A stretch of DNA of 64,000 bases, from positions 4,709-68,708 of the forward strand of contig CAJTLF010000009.1 in NCBI GenBank assembly GCA_910577555.1, written 5' to 3'. This document shows, one piece after another, positions 9,393 to 17,884 of this stretch. This DNA comes from an uncultured Christensenella sp. (GTDB lineage Bacteria > Bacillota > Clostridia > Christensenellales > Borkfalkiaceae). The notes beneath the pieces were generated by a model. The model was not told where the DNA came from, ran no database searches, and saw nothing but the letters and a program-made list of their open reading frames with translations. Each line of letters opens with the position of its first letter. Positions within the stretch are counted from its first letter, which is position 1. A program made the position numbers and the translations under genes.

Positions 9393-9886
9393 TTATAATA
9401 ATTGCTGAGCCGCCGCTATTATTGCATAACCGATGCCGCAACAAATGCCGAAGGTTACGCCAAGTATGGCTATGGAAATTACAACTTTGAGCCATATGGG
9501 CTTTACGCCCTTTATGATGAAGAGATTTAAACACGACAACACCGCGCTTATTCCGCCGCCTATCAAGCCGCCGACGACGGGAACTATTTCACAGAGCGCG
9601 ACCACGTTGCCCCAGACCATTATAAGCAGGAACGGCAATACCGAAAGCACGATTTCATACCATTAACGGGTTGGGTAAGCCTTACCGTTTCTTCACCTGC
9701 GGCTAAAACCGCGCCCTGAATATAGTTGCCGTTTATGACGTAATACTCCCCGCTTTCCGTGACGAAGGTCTTTTTATTGGTTTTCTGCAACCGGACGCCG
9801 TTGACCTGCAAGGACTTTTTACCCGTCCAAAAATTCTCTTCATAGACGATTTCGCCCAGCTTTTCGTGTTGAATTACTTCTCTCAT
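9393..9886 (-). pseudogene. Small membrane protein split by a 1-nt frameshift (or assembly error): 88-aa soluble N-terminal part plus 85-aa 3-TM part
   Basis: ORFs 9620-9886 and 9393-9650 overlap in different frames. The first ends in an unnatural tail NGMKSCFRYCRSCL. The second frame is open further upstream (WYEIVLSVLPFLL) right up to a TAA at the junction. One extra A at 9663-9664 would give ..TQPVKWYEIV.. No RBS precedes the second ORF. Confidence 0.5.
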
Positions 9887-9921
9887 TTTTCTCCTTTAAG
9901 GGGCGTGTTATTTTAATTTTT

Positions 9922-9950
9922 TTTACGCACTTATTTTATAAGTGCGTAAA
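9922..9950 (-). promoter_or_regulatory. 12-bp perfect inverted repeat in the 5' UTR of the 9886 gene
   Basis: TTTACGCACTTA-tttta-TAAGTGCGTAAA. No U-tract follows on either strand. It shares the 11-mer TTACGCACTTA with 8300-8310. Confidence 0.5.
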
Positions 9951-9977
9951 GTGATACCCCTTTACTTATCGTAATTT

Positions 9978-10006
9978 ATTATATCACGGCAAGCACGGTT
10001 TGTCAA
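9978..10006 (-). promoter_or_regulatory. Consensus sigma-A promoter (extended -10)
   Basis: Minus strand: TTGACA (10006-10001), 17 nt, TGa-TATAAT (9986-9978). Confidence 0.65.
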
Positions 10007-10014
10007 TAATCAAA

Positions 10015-10046
10015 GTAAAATACCCTTCGGTACTTACCGAAGGGTA
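10015..10046 (-). terminator. Intrinsic terminator after tRNA-Thr
   Basis: TACCCTTCGGT-actt-ACCGAAGGGTA hairpin, followed on the minus strand by TTTT. Confidence 0.65.
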
Positions 10047-10052
10047 AAAAAA

Positions 10053-10128
10053 TGGAGCTACTGGCCGGACTTGAACCGGCGACCTGCTGATTACGAATCA
10101 GCTGCTCTACCAACTGAGCCACAGTAGC
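10053..10128 (-). tRNA. tRNA-Thr (anticodon CGT), CCA encoded
   Basis: The reverse complement folds as a cloverleaf: GCTACTG-TG-GCTC-AGTTGGT-AGAGC-A-GCTGA-TTCGTAA-TCAGC-AGGTC-GCCGG-TTCAAGT-CCGGC-CAGTAGC-T-CCA. 76 nt. Confidence 0.9.
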
Positions 10129-10150
10129 GAAACGCTTAATCGACTATATA

Positions 10151-10178
10151 ATTATATCAAAAATAATTTATTTTGCAA
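10151..10178 (-). promoter_or_regulatory. Candidate promoter for tRNA-Thr
   Basis: Minus strand: TTGCAA (10178-10173), 16 nt, TGa-TATAAT (10159-10151), about 20 nt upstream of the mature 5' end. Confidence 0.45.
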
Positions 10179-10229
10179 GCAATTTCAGGGGTAAGTTTTA
10201 AATTTGTAAAAATCCAAATATAATATTAT

Positions 10230-10910
10230 ATGAAAATACGCGGACGGGAAGTTACTCCGTTTTTTATTTCCGTTATAGCCGCGATTGCGGTTACCGTGAC
10301 CGCAATTATTTTCGCGGTTTCCTGCAACGGCGGAAAAATTAATTTTAAAGCGTCGTTTTATTTCGTATGCTACGCCGTAGCCGACAACTCGGTTTCCGCA
10401 GGGTCTATTTCTACGGCGGTAACGAACTACGGCGGCGCGGGGTACGTTATCGAATACGATAATAAATTTTACGTGACCGTTTCCTGCTACTATGAAAAAA
10501 CGGACGCGTACAGCGTTTGCGAAAGCCTGAAAAAGCGGCAGCTTGACTGTGAAGTGCTTGAAGTTATTACGGGCGATTACAGGCTCGAGACGCCGTCTTC
10601 GGGCAACAGCGCACAGCTTTATCTGAATAATCTGAACGTGCTGTATTCCCTATCCACACTTGCATACGAATGCGCAAACGCCATAGACAGGGGCGATTAC
10701 GGACAGACGCAGGTGCTCGGGGTTATTTCAAACGTGGAAAACGGACTGAAAAGCCTTTTAAACTCCAACCCCGACAACTGCTTTTCCCCTTCTGTTCGCG
10801 CGCTTATAGGCGACTGCGGAGCTATTAAAGACGGTTATATTTATTCGAAGGATTTACGCAGATTGCAAATTGCTATTGCCGACGCTATTATAAACGCAAA
10901 ATTGTATTAA
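10230..10910 (+). CDS. Membrane-anchored SPOR-like domain protein
   Basis: N-terminal TM FFISVIAAIAVTVTAIIFAV, then a SPOR-like beta-alpha pattern (FYFVCYAV..SAGSIS..GGAGYVIEYDNKFYVTVSCYYEKTDAYSVCESLKK). Confidence 0.5.
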   Translation: MKIRGREVTPFFISVIAAIAVTVTAIIFAVSCNGGKINFKASFYFVCYAVADNSVSAGSISTAVTNYGGAGYVIEYDNKFYVTVSCYYEKTDAYSVCESLKKRQLDCEVLEVITGDYRLETPSSGNSAQLYLNNLNVLYSLSTLAYECANAIDRGDYGQTQVLGVISNVENGLKSLLNSNPDNCFSPSVRALIGDCGAIKDGYIYSKDLRRLQIAIADAIINAKLY

Positions 10911-10937
10911 TTGGAAAATTTTGCGCAAATTAATCGT

Positions 10938-11681
10938 ATGAACAGGAACTTTACGGCGATTTGCGCAACCTTTCTGACTTTGGCAATTCTGATTGCATTT
11001 TTAGGCGGGATTTCTATAAACGGCAACGGTGCGGCTTTTGCTTCAAGCCGTTCCGTTTACGATACCGCAGTAGACAGCGTTGACGGCGGAAACGACGGGC
11101 GGGTTACGAATAAAGTGATTTACCTTACTTTCGACGACGGTCCGAGCGACAGGGTAACGCCTAAAATACTGGACGTTTTAAAGGAAGAAAAAGTTCCCGC
11201 CACCTTTTTTATTATAGGCAAGCACGCGGAAACGCGCAAATATCTGTTGCGCAGGGAAATTAACGAAGGTCATACCGTTGCGGTACACTCCTATTCGCAC
11301 ATATATAACGACATATATTCTTCGCCCGAAAAACTGATTGAAGACATTGACAAGTGCAACGAAGTAATCAAGGGGGCGACGGGCAGACCTTCTGCAATTT
11401 ACCGTTTCCCCGGGGGAAGCTTCGGACTGTCGCAACGGCTTATAAACGCGGTGACCGAGCACGGACTGAGATACGTGGACTGGAATGCGTCCACACGCGA
11501 CGCGGAGTTTACAGACCCCACGCCCGAGCAGATTGTTTCCGCTTCGATAACTACCGCCGCTAATCCCGAAAGGATTGTTTTGCTTGCACACGACTCCACT
11601 ACCAAAACGGCGACCGCGCAGGCTTTGAAAGGTATAATCCGCCACTATAAGGAACTGAATTACACGTTTGCTTCTTTCTGA
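10938..11681 (+). CDS. Polysaccharide deacetylase (CE4 NodB homology; PdaA/PdaB-like), secreted
   Basis: YLTFDDGPSD, TFF..G, HSYSH and LAHD motifs. Signal peptide starts at MNRNFTAICATFLTLAILIAF. The ORF track opens at TTG 10911; I prefer ATG 10938. Confidence 0.8.
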   Translation: MNRNFTAICATFLTLAILIAFLGGISINGNGAAFASSRSVYDTAVDSVDGGNDGRVTNKVIYLTFDDGPSDRVTPKILDVLKEEKVPATFFIIGKHAETRKYLLRREINEGHTVAVHSYSHIYNDIYSSPEKLIEDIDKCNEVIKGATGRPSAIYRFPGGSFGLSQRLINAVTEHGLRYVDWNASTRDAEFTDPTPEQIVSASITTAANPERIVLLAHDSTTKTATAQALKGIIRHYKELNYTFASF

Positions 11682-11688
11682 TTTATAT

Positions 11689-11735
11689 AAAAACCGCCCG
11701 CCCCGAAATTAATTTCGGGGCGGGCGGTTTTTGTT
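11689..11735. terminator. Bidirectional intrinsic terminator (36-nt perfect palindrome)
   Basis: aaaa-ACCGCCCGCCCCGAAATT/AATTTCGGGGCGGGCGGT-ttttgtttt between convergent genes. Confidence 0.85.
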
Positions 11736-12392
11736 TTATTCTACGCCGTACTGCTTACGGTATTCTTTCATTTTTCCGAGATATTCTTTGCCTTCTATAA
11801 TTCCGTTTTCGATTGCGTCGATTATATCCGCCATAGTAACTATCGAATAGACTTTTACGCCGAATTCTTTATACACTTCCTGCACGGCGGAAAGATTGCT
11901 TTCAAGCCCGCGTTCCATTCTGTCTACGGAAATTACCATACCCGCGATTTCCACGTCGGCGCTTGCCTTTAACTTGGGTAACAGCTCGCGGAGTGCCTTG
12001 CCCGAAGTCATTACGTCTTCTATTATGATTACTTTTTCCCCGTTCGAAAGCTGTTTACCTACGAAGAGACCGCCTTCGCCGTGGTCTTTTACTTCCTTTC
12101 TGTCGAAGCAATAATCAAGGTCTATGCCGTGCTTATTGTAAAGCGAAACCGCCGTGGTTACTGCAAGGGGTATACCCTTATAGGCAGGTCCGACAAGCGT
12201 ATCGGCTTTTATGCCGTTATCGGCTATGCATTGCGCGTAATACTCGCCGAGCTTAGACAACTGCGCGCCCGATTTATAGTTGCCCGTGTTTATGAAATAG
12301 GGAGCTTTTCTTCCGCTTTTTAAAGTAAATTCGCCGAATTTAAGCACGCCGTTTTCAACCATAAATTTTATGAATTGCTGTTTGTAAGTCAT
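11736..12392 (-). CDS. pyrE: Orotate phosphoribosyltransferase
   Basis: PRPP-binding loop VIIIEDVMTSG. F.LKSGR..PYF N-terminal motif. Last gene of the pyr operon. Confidence 0.9.
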   Translation of the reverse strand: MTYKQQFIKFMVENGVLKFGEFTLKSGRKAPYFINTGNYKSGAQLSKLGEYYAQCIADNGIKADTLVGPAYKGIPLAVTTAVSLYNKHGIDLDYCFDRKEVKDHGEGGLFVGKQLSNGEKVIIIEDVMTSGKALRELLPKLKASADVEIAGMVISVDRMERGLESNLSAVQEVYKEFGVKVYSIVTMADIIDAIENGIIEGKEYLGKMKEYRKQYGVE

Positions 12393-12447
12393 AATATAAA
12401 CTCCTTTTAAAGTGAATTGCCCCGCATATATGCCTTAATTAACGCGG

Positions 12448-13359
12448 TCAGCCCATATTCACCGTATCTACTATTTCGTTTACCGATTTGATTTCGTGCG
12501 CGTCGAGCCACGAGTTCATTTCGCTAATTATCCGCGGCATTGCGTAAGGGTCTGCAAAGTTTGCCGTACCAACCTGCACTGCCTTTGCGCCCGCCATCAT
12601 AAACTCGATTGCGTCTTCGCCCGTCATTATTCCGCCCATACCGATAACGGGTACTTTGACCGCGTGCGCCGCTTCGTATACCATTCTCACGGCTATGGGC
12701 TTGATGCCCGCACCCGAAACGCCGCCCGTTTTGTTGGCGATAACGGGTTTTCTCCTTTCAATATCGATGACAATACCCGTAAAGGTATTAACGAGCGAAA
12801 TACAGTCTGCACCGCCCCGTTCCGCCGCCTGCGCGTTGATTGGAATACTTTCAACGTTGGGGGAAAGTTTCACTATAAGCGGAGTGCGTTTAAGTCCGCT
12901 TTTAGCGACGGAGCTTACCTGTTCAATCGTCTGCGGTTTGATACCGAACGCCATACCGCCCGCCTTAACGTTGGGGCAGGAAATATTGAGCTCGACCATA
13001 TCCACAAGCCCGTCGAGCTTTTTGCAAATTGCACCGTACTCGTCCAAATCTTTACCCGCGACGTTGGCGATTACGACGACTCCCTTTTCTCTTAAAAAAG
13101 GCAAATCGTATTCGATAAAGTGGTCGACGCCGGGGTTCTGCAAGCCGACTGCGTTTAAAATCACACTCGTGCCTTCCGCAATTCTTGGCACGGGATTGCC
13201 GAGCCGCAACTCCAAAGTCATACCTTTGGTACTTATCCCGCCTATCTGCGAAATATCGTACAGCTCGTTAAATTCCCTGCCGAAGCCGTAAGTTCCGCTT
13301 GCCGCGATTACGGGATTTTTAAATTTGACTCCGCAGAGTTCTACTCTTAAATCAGACAT
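12448..13359 (-). CDS. pyrD: Dihydroorotate dehydrogenase (class 1B) catalytic subunit
   Basis: NP...ASGT.G, LNISCPN and GG..SG..IKP.A motifs. Partnered with pyrK upstream. Confidence 0.9.
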   Translation of the reverse strand: MSDLRVELCGVKFKNPVIAASGTYGFGREFNELYDISQIGGISTKGMTLELRLGNPVPRIAEGTSVILNAVGLQNPGVDHFIEYDLPFLREKGVVVIANVAGKDLDEYGAICKKLDGLVDMVELNISCPNVKAGGMAFGIKPQTIEQVSSVAKSGLKRTPLIVKLSPNVESIPINAQAAERGGADCISLVNTFTGIVIDIERRKPVIANKTGGVSGAGIKPIAVRMVYEAAHAVKVPVIGMGGIMTGEDAIEFMMAGAKAVQVGTANFADPYAMPRIISEMNSWLDAHEIKSVNEIVDTVNMG

Positions 13360-13825
13360 GATTTTGCTCCATAAAAGCCGTTTGCTCGGCTTTTAATTGG
13401 GTAATTCTTGCGCACACGTTACGAATTTCCCTAACGAAATTAATTTTTACCATTTTACCGTGGACGAAAACTTTGAGTTTGCCGAAACCGTAATCGATTA
13501 AAGCGAACGGCTTAGTGAACTCTACTCTCTCTATTTCCACGGGTTCGCAATCGAAAGTCGGAAAGTGCAAAATACCTTTTTCCGCGTCGAAAGTGACGAT
13601 AATTTTAGGCACTCTGCTTATCAAAACTATATCGATTATACAGGCAACGACCATAACCGCGCCGAAAGCCAACATCCAAACGCCGTTAAACATACCGTCG
13701 ACGGAATGCCCTACCGACGTAACGAGTACAATTAAACCGCCCGTTGCCAAGGCCGAAAAAATACCGAAAAGCACCCAATAAACCGGAAGAAAGGTATCGT
13801 ATCTTTTCGCCACGACTTCGTTCAT
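13352..13825 (-). CDS. Unknown membrane protein (2 TM plus a bacterial-PH-like C-terminal domain) embedded in the pyr operon
   Basis: ORF track 157 aa. TMs FLPVYWVLFGIFSALATGGLIVLV and VWMLAFGAVMVVACIIDIVLI. Its start overlaps the pyrK stop by 1 nt (TAATG). Its stop overlaps the pyrD start by 8 nt. Confidence 0.6.
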   Translation of the reverse strand: MNEVVAKRYDTFLPVYWVLFGIFSALATGGLIVLVTSVGHSVDGMFNGVWMLAFGAVMVVACIIDIVLISRVPKIIVTFDAEKGILHFPTFDCEPVEIERVEFTKPFALIDYGFGKLKVFVHGKMVKINFVREIRNVCARITQLKAEQTAFMEQNHV

Positions 13826-14586
13826 TATAGCACCACCTTATTTATTTCAAACACGGGACCGTCTTTACACACCCTTGCGTTTTTACCGTCGGAAGTTTTG
13901 CACGCGCACACCAGACACGCGCCTATACCGCAACCCATCCGCTCTTCCAAAGATACGAAGCAGGGAATTTTATTGCCCCTTTCCGAAAGGCGTTCCTTTA
14001 AAATTCTGAGCATAATCGGCGGTCCGCAGGCAATTATCGCGTCCGCATTTATTTTATCCGCGTCCGCAAGATAAGCGTCGACCGCGTTACCCTTTAAACC
14101 AATACTTCCGTCGTCCGTGGTTACGGTGAGTTTCCCGACTTTTTCAAATTCTTCCGTCAAACAAGCCGCTTTGGCGTTGCGGAAGCCTATATAGGAATAA
14201 AATTCCTTACCCGTATTTTCGCGAACTGTTGCAATGAGCGGGAACACTCCCACTCCGCCGCCGACGACGGCTACTTTTTTATACTTAGATAAATCGAAGT
14301 AATTGCCGAGCGGCAACAAAACCTTTAATTTATCGCCCGCCTTTGCCTCGGTGAGCCGTTGCGTTCCCTTGCCCTTTACCTGATAACAAACGCTTAAGTC
14401 GTTACCTTCGGTTATGCACACGCCCAACGGACGGCGCAACAAGAGCGCGTCGTTACCCGTTGCGAGATTGACGAACTGACCGCCGTGCAATTGCCCCGCG
14501 CTTTCGGGCAGGGTGAGCGTAATCATATAAACGCTTTCGGCAATTTCGCGGTTATCCTTTACCGTTGAAAGCAAGTCTTTAATCAT
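13825..14586 (-). CDS. pyrK: Dihydroorotate dehydrogenase electron-transfer subunit (FAD/2Fe-2S)
   Basis: C-terminal cluster motif CGIGACLVCAC...C. FNR-like fold motifs RRPLGV and GGGVG. I prefer ATG 14586 (MIKDLL), which forms an ATGA overlap with the pyrF stop; the ORF track extends to 14640. Confidence 0.85.
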   Translation of the reverse strand: MIKDLLSTVKDNREIAESVYMITLTLPESAGQLHGGQFVNLATGNDALLLRRPLGVCITEGNDLSVCYQVKGKGTQRLTEAKAGDKLKVLLPLGNYFDLSKYKKVAVVGGGVGVFPLIATVRENTGKEFYSYIGFRNAKAACLTEEFEKVGKLTVTTDDGSIGLKGNAVDAYLADADKINADAIIACGPPIMLRILKERLSERGNKIPCFVSLEERMGCGIGACLVCACKTSDGKNARVCKDGPVFEINKVVL

Positions 14587-15500
14587 TTTAATTTCATTTC
14601 CCCTATTACGCCCGACAAATCCTGTTGCATATCGATACACGCCGCGCGAGCCGCTTCGGCGTAATTCATTCCGCGGTAGCGGGCGTCTTTATAGGCGCAG
14701 ATTATGCCGCGCGAAGAGTTTACCACGCCGCCCAGACCCTTTTTATCGAAACAGACTTTAAGCATCTGCGCACTGCCGCCCTGCGCTCCGTAACCGGGGA
14801 TTAAAAAGAAGGTATTCGGGAGCTGAGCGCGAAGTCTTTCTGCTTCTTCGGGGTGGGTTGCGCCCACGACCGCGCCTACTTCCGAATAGCCGTACTTGCC
14901 CACGCTGTCCTTACCCCATTCGGAGACGAGTTCGCCCATTTGTTCGTATATGTATTTACCGTTTTCGAGCTTTAAATTCTGCAATTCGCCGCTTGACGGA
15001 TTGGAAGTTTTTACGAGAACGAAAATGGATTTATCGTATTTTTTTATATCGTCCACGAAAGGCTTTATGCCGTCGTAGCCCAGATAGCCGTTTACCGTGA
15101 GCATATCTGCGGCAAACGCTCTCAATTGCTTGCCGTTCAAATCCGTTTTACCGAGATAAGCGGTAGAATAGCAACCCGCGGTAGAACCTATATCGTTGCG
15201 CTTACAGTCTGCAATTACGACGAGCCCCCTGCCTTTCGCGTAATTCACAGTATATTCGAACGCCTGCAATCCCGCGTGACCGTACGCTTCGTAATAGGCA
15301 ATCTGAACCTTTACCGACGGGACGATATCGCACACCTTGTCGATAATATTCATATTAAATTCGGCTATCGCTTCCGCCGCGCTTTCGAAAGTGGTTACGC
15401 CCTTCTTCATTTCGTCCGGAAGGTAACCGAAGGAAGTGTCAAGTCCGACACAGGTCGGATTCTGTAAATCTACTATTTTTTCAATCAACTTATCAATCAT
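14583..15500 (-). CDS. pyrF: Orotidine 5'-phosphate decarboxylase (long, type 2)
   Basis: VGLD, IAD.KR.DIG.T and LIPG.G.QGG motifs. 305 aa. Confidence 0.85.
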   Translation of the reverse strand: MIDKLIEKIVDLQNPTCVGLDTSFGYLPDEMKKGVTTFESAAEAIAEFNMNIIDKVCDIVPSVKVQIAYYEAYGHAGLQAFEYTVNYAKGRGLVVIADCKRNDIGSTAGCYSTAYLGKTDLNGKQLRAFAADMLTVNGYLGYDGIKPFVDDIKKYDKSIFVLVKTSNPSSGELQNLKLENGKYIYEQMGELVSEWGKDSVGKYGYSEVGAVVGATHPEEAERLRAQLPNTFFLIPGYGAQGGSAQMLKVCFDKKGLGGVVNSSRGIICAYKDARYRGMNYAEAARAACIDMQQDLSGVIGEMKLK

Positions 15501-15509
15501 ATCTTCACC

Positions 15510-16775
15510 TTACGCTTTATATTTTATTGCTCCGTCTACGAGCGTATATTTTATAGCTCCGTAAACTTCAAAGCCCTTGAACGGCGTGTTTTTACCTTTT
15601 GACAGGAACTTGGCGGGGTCTATCACATACTTTTCCGCAAAGTCGGCAATTACCAAATCGGCGGGCGCGCCTTCTTCTATTACACCGCCTTCGAGCCCGA
15701 GAATTTTTGCGGGAGACGAACTCATTCTGTCCATAAGCTCGCACAAGCTCATTACGCCCGATTTTACGAGATAGGTATAACTTAATGCAAAGCTCGTTTC
15801 TATGCCGCTTATACCGAACGCCGCCAGATTGTATTCGACCTGCTTGTCCTTTAACGAATGGGGTGCGTGGTCGGTAACTATACAGTCGAGCGTTCCGTCT
15901 TTAAGTCCCGCGATTATCGCGTTTTTGTCCTTTTCTTCGCGCACGGGCGGGTTGACCTTGGTATCCGTGTCGTAGCCCGTGATTATATCGTCGGTCAATA
16001 TAAAGTAGTGCGGGCACGTTTCCGCAGTTACTTTTACCCCGCGGGCTTTGGCGTTTCTGATAATTTCCACGCCGCTGTACGTGGATACGTGGCAGATATG
16101 CACGGGTATGCCCAGACTTTCAGAAAGCGCTATATCGCGGGCAATCATTATATCTTCCGCGGCGCGGGGCGAGCCTTTAAGTCCCGTTAGCGTGGAATTG
16201 TAACCTTCGTTCACAACTCCGCCGTCTACGAGCGACTTATCTTCGCAGTGGCACAGACATCTGAGACCGAAGTCGGCGGCGTATTCCATTGCAAGGCGCA
16301 TAATGAGAGAATTATCCACCGATTTGCCGTCGTCGCTGAGCGCGACCACGCCCGCAGCCTTCATTTTGCCGATATCCGGAAGACTTTCGCCCTGCTGACC
16401 CTTGGTAATCGCGCCTATCGGATGAATTTTACATAAATTCACTTCCTGTGCGCGGTGTTTAATATACGACGCGACCACGGCGTTATCGCATACGGGGTTG
16501 GTGTTCGGCATACAGCAGACCTGCGTAACGCCCCCCTTTACCGCCGCTTTTGAGCCGCTTTCAATATCTTCCTTGCCTTCGAAGCCGGGTTCGCGAAGAT
16601 GTACGTGCATATCGATTAATCCCGCAAGCACGTGTTTGCCGCTCGCGTCTATCGCCTTGCAATTTTCTTCTATTTTTGATGCGATTTTGGCGATTTTACC
16701 GTTTTCAACGAGCAAATCCGCTTTAATTTCGCCTTTTTCGGTTACTACCGTGCCGTTTTTTACGAGAAGTTTCAT
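15510..16775 (-). CDS. pyrC: Dihydroorotase
   Basis: [10 protein letters not shown] metal motif. DHAPH near the C-terminus. 421 aa. Confidence 0.9.
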   Translation of the reverse strand: MKLLVKNGTVVTEKGEIKADLLVENGKIAKIASKIEENCKAIDASGKHVLAGLIDMHVHLREPGFEGKEDIESGSKAAVKGGVTQVCCMPNTNPVCDNAVVASYIKHRAQEVNLCKIHPIGAITKGQQGESLPDIGKMKAAGVVALSDDGKSVDNSLIMRLAMEYAADFGLRCLCHCEDKSLVDGGVVNEGYNSTLTGLKGSPRAAEDIMIARDIALSESLGIPVHICHVSTYSGVEIIRNAKARGVKVTAETCPHYFILTDDIITGYDTDTKVNPPVREEKDKNAIIAGLKDGTLDCIVTDHAPHSLKDKQVEYNLAAFGISGIETSFALSYTYLVKSGVMSLCELMDRMSSSPAKILGLEGGVIEEGAPADLVIADFAEKYVIDPAKFLSKGKNTPFKGFEVYGAIKYTLVDGAIKYKA

Positions 16776-17701
16776 AAGCGTTTCTCCCTGTATTCGCCGA
16801 GAAGTTTCAAAAGAGCCATTCTTACGGCGACGCCGTTTTTAACCTGTTCTAAGATGAGACTCTTTTCGCCATCGATTACCTGCGGCGAAAGCTCTACGCC
16901 CCTGTTCACAGGACCCGGATGAAGAACGATTGCGTCCTTTTTGGCGTATTTAAGCGTCGCGTCGTTCACGCCGTAATATTTTGCATATTCCGAAAGCGAC
17001 GGAAAAAGTCCGCCGTGCTGGCGTTCGAGCTGTATTCTGAGCCCCATTACCGCGTCCGCGCCGTCGAGAGCCTGTTCGCGGGATTTTGCGACGCGCGCAC
17101 CCAGCTTTTCTATTTCCTTGGGTATCATGGTTGCAGGCGCGTACATATGCACTTCCGCGCCCAGCTTCGTTAGCGCGAAAAGATTGCTCATTGCAACGCG
17201 GCTGTGCTTTATATCGCCTAAAATAGCTACCTTAAGCCCCTTAACCTTGCCGAGCTTTTCGCGCATGGTGAATATATCGAGCAACGCCTGCGTGGGATGC
17301 TCGTGCATTCCGTCGCCGCCGTTAAGAACGCTTGCCCTTACGTGTTCGGCAAGAAGCTTGGGCGCGCCCGCCATAGGGTGGCGGATTACGACGAAATCTA
17401 TATTCATTGCGTCGAGCGTTTCGCCCGTATCGATGAGCGTTTCGCCCTTCTGCACCGAGCTTGTGGCGACAGAAATATTTACTTCGCTTGCGCCGAGATA
17501 TTTTGCCGCCAGCTCGAACGACGAGCGGGTGCGCGTGCTGTTTTCGTAAAAGAGCGTTACGAGCGCTTTGCCGCGCAACAAATCCGAATGCTTGCAATCC
17601 GAATCGAGAAGTTTTTTCATCTCTGCGGCGGTATCTAAAATTTCATAAATTTCTTCCGCAGAGCAGTCCTTTAAACCGAGTAAATCTTTCCGTTTAAGCA
17701 T
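16772..17701 (-). CDS. pyrB: Aspartate carbamoyltransferase catalytic subunit
   Basis: STRTR carbamoyl-phosphate motif, HPTQ, and HPGP at the C-terminal part. 4-nt overlap with pyrC. Confidence 0.9.
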   Translation of the reverse strand: MLKRKDLLGLKDCSAEEIYEILDTAAEMKKLLDSDCKHSDLLRGKALVTLFYENSTRTRSSFELAAKYLGASEVNISVATSSVQKGETLIDTGETLDAMNIDFVVIRHPMAGAPKLLAEHVRASVLNGGDGMHEHPTQALLDIFTMREKLGKVKGLKVAILGDIKHSRVAMSNLFALTKLGAEVHMYAPATMIPKEIEKLGARVAKSREQALDGADAVMGLRIQLERQHGGLFPSLSEYAKYYGVNDATLKYAKKDAIVLHPGPVNRGVELSPQVIDGEKSLILEQVKNGVAVRMALLKLLGEYREKRL

Positions 17702-17729
17702 AAATGTCTACCTTGATATTTTTTGACAG

Positions 17730-17775
17730 AAAAAAAGCGGCTGGACGCTATCTTTCCAAATAGCGTCTTTACCGC
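17730..17775 (-). terminator. Terminator-like hairpin in the pyr leader (candidate attenuator; also downstream of the 17885 gene)
   Basis: Minus strand: GCGG-taaa-GACGCTAT-ttggaaag-ATAGCGTC-cag-CCGC-TTTTTTT, ending 28 nt before the pyrB ATG. Confidence 0.6.
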
Positions 17776-17839
17776 GCGTTCGTAAAATTATTGAAAATAT
17801 TCAAAAGCATCTTTTTAATCCTGCCGTAGATTTAAAAAG

Positions 17840-17868
17840 AGTATACCACAGTTATTTAATAAAGTAAA
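17840..17868 (-). promoter_or_regulatory. Candidate pyr operon promoter (extended -10)
   Basis: Minus strand: TTTACT (17868-17863), 17 nt, TGg-TATACT (17848-17840). Places the hairpin at 17730-17775 inside a roughly 130-nt leader. Confidence 0.45.
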
Positions 17869-17884
17869 GCGTATAAAATAAATA

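Noticed and set aside
9178-9534. 118-aa minus-strand ORF crossing the DeoR 3' end and the bidirectional terminator.
   Set aside because: It reads through a strong terminator hairpin and overlaps two better-supported genes. Its Arg/His-rich translation is typical of antisense frames.
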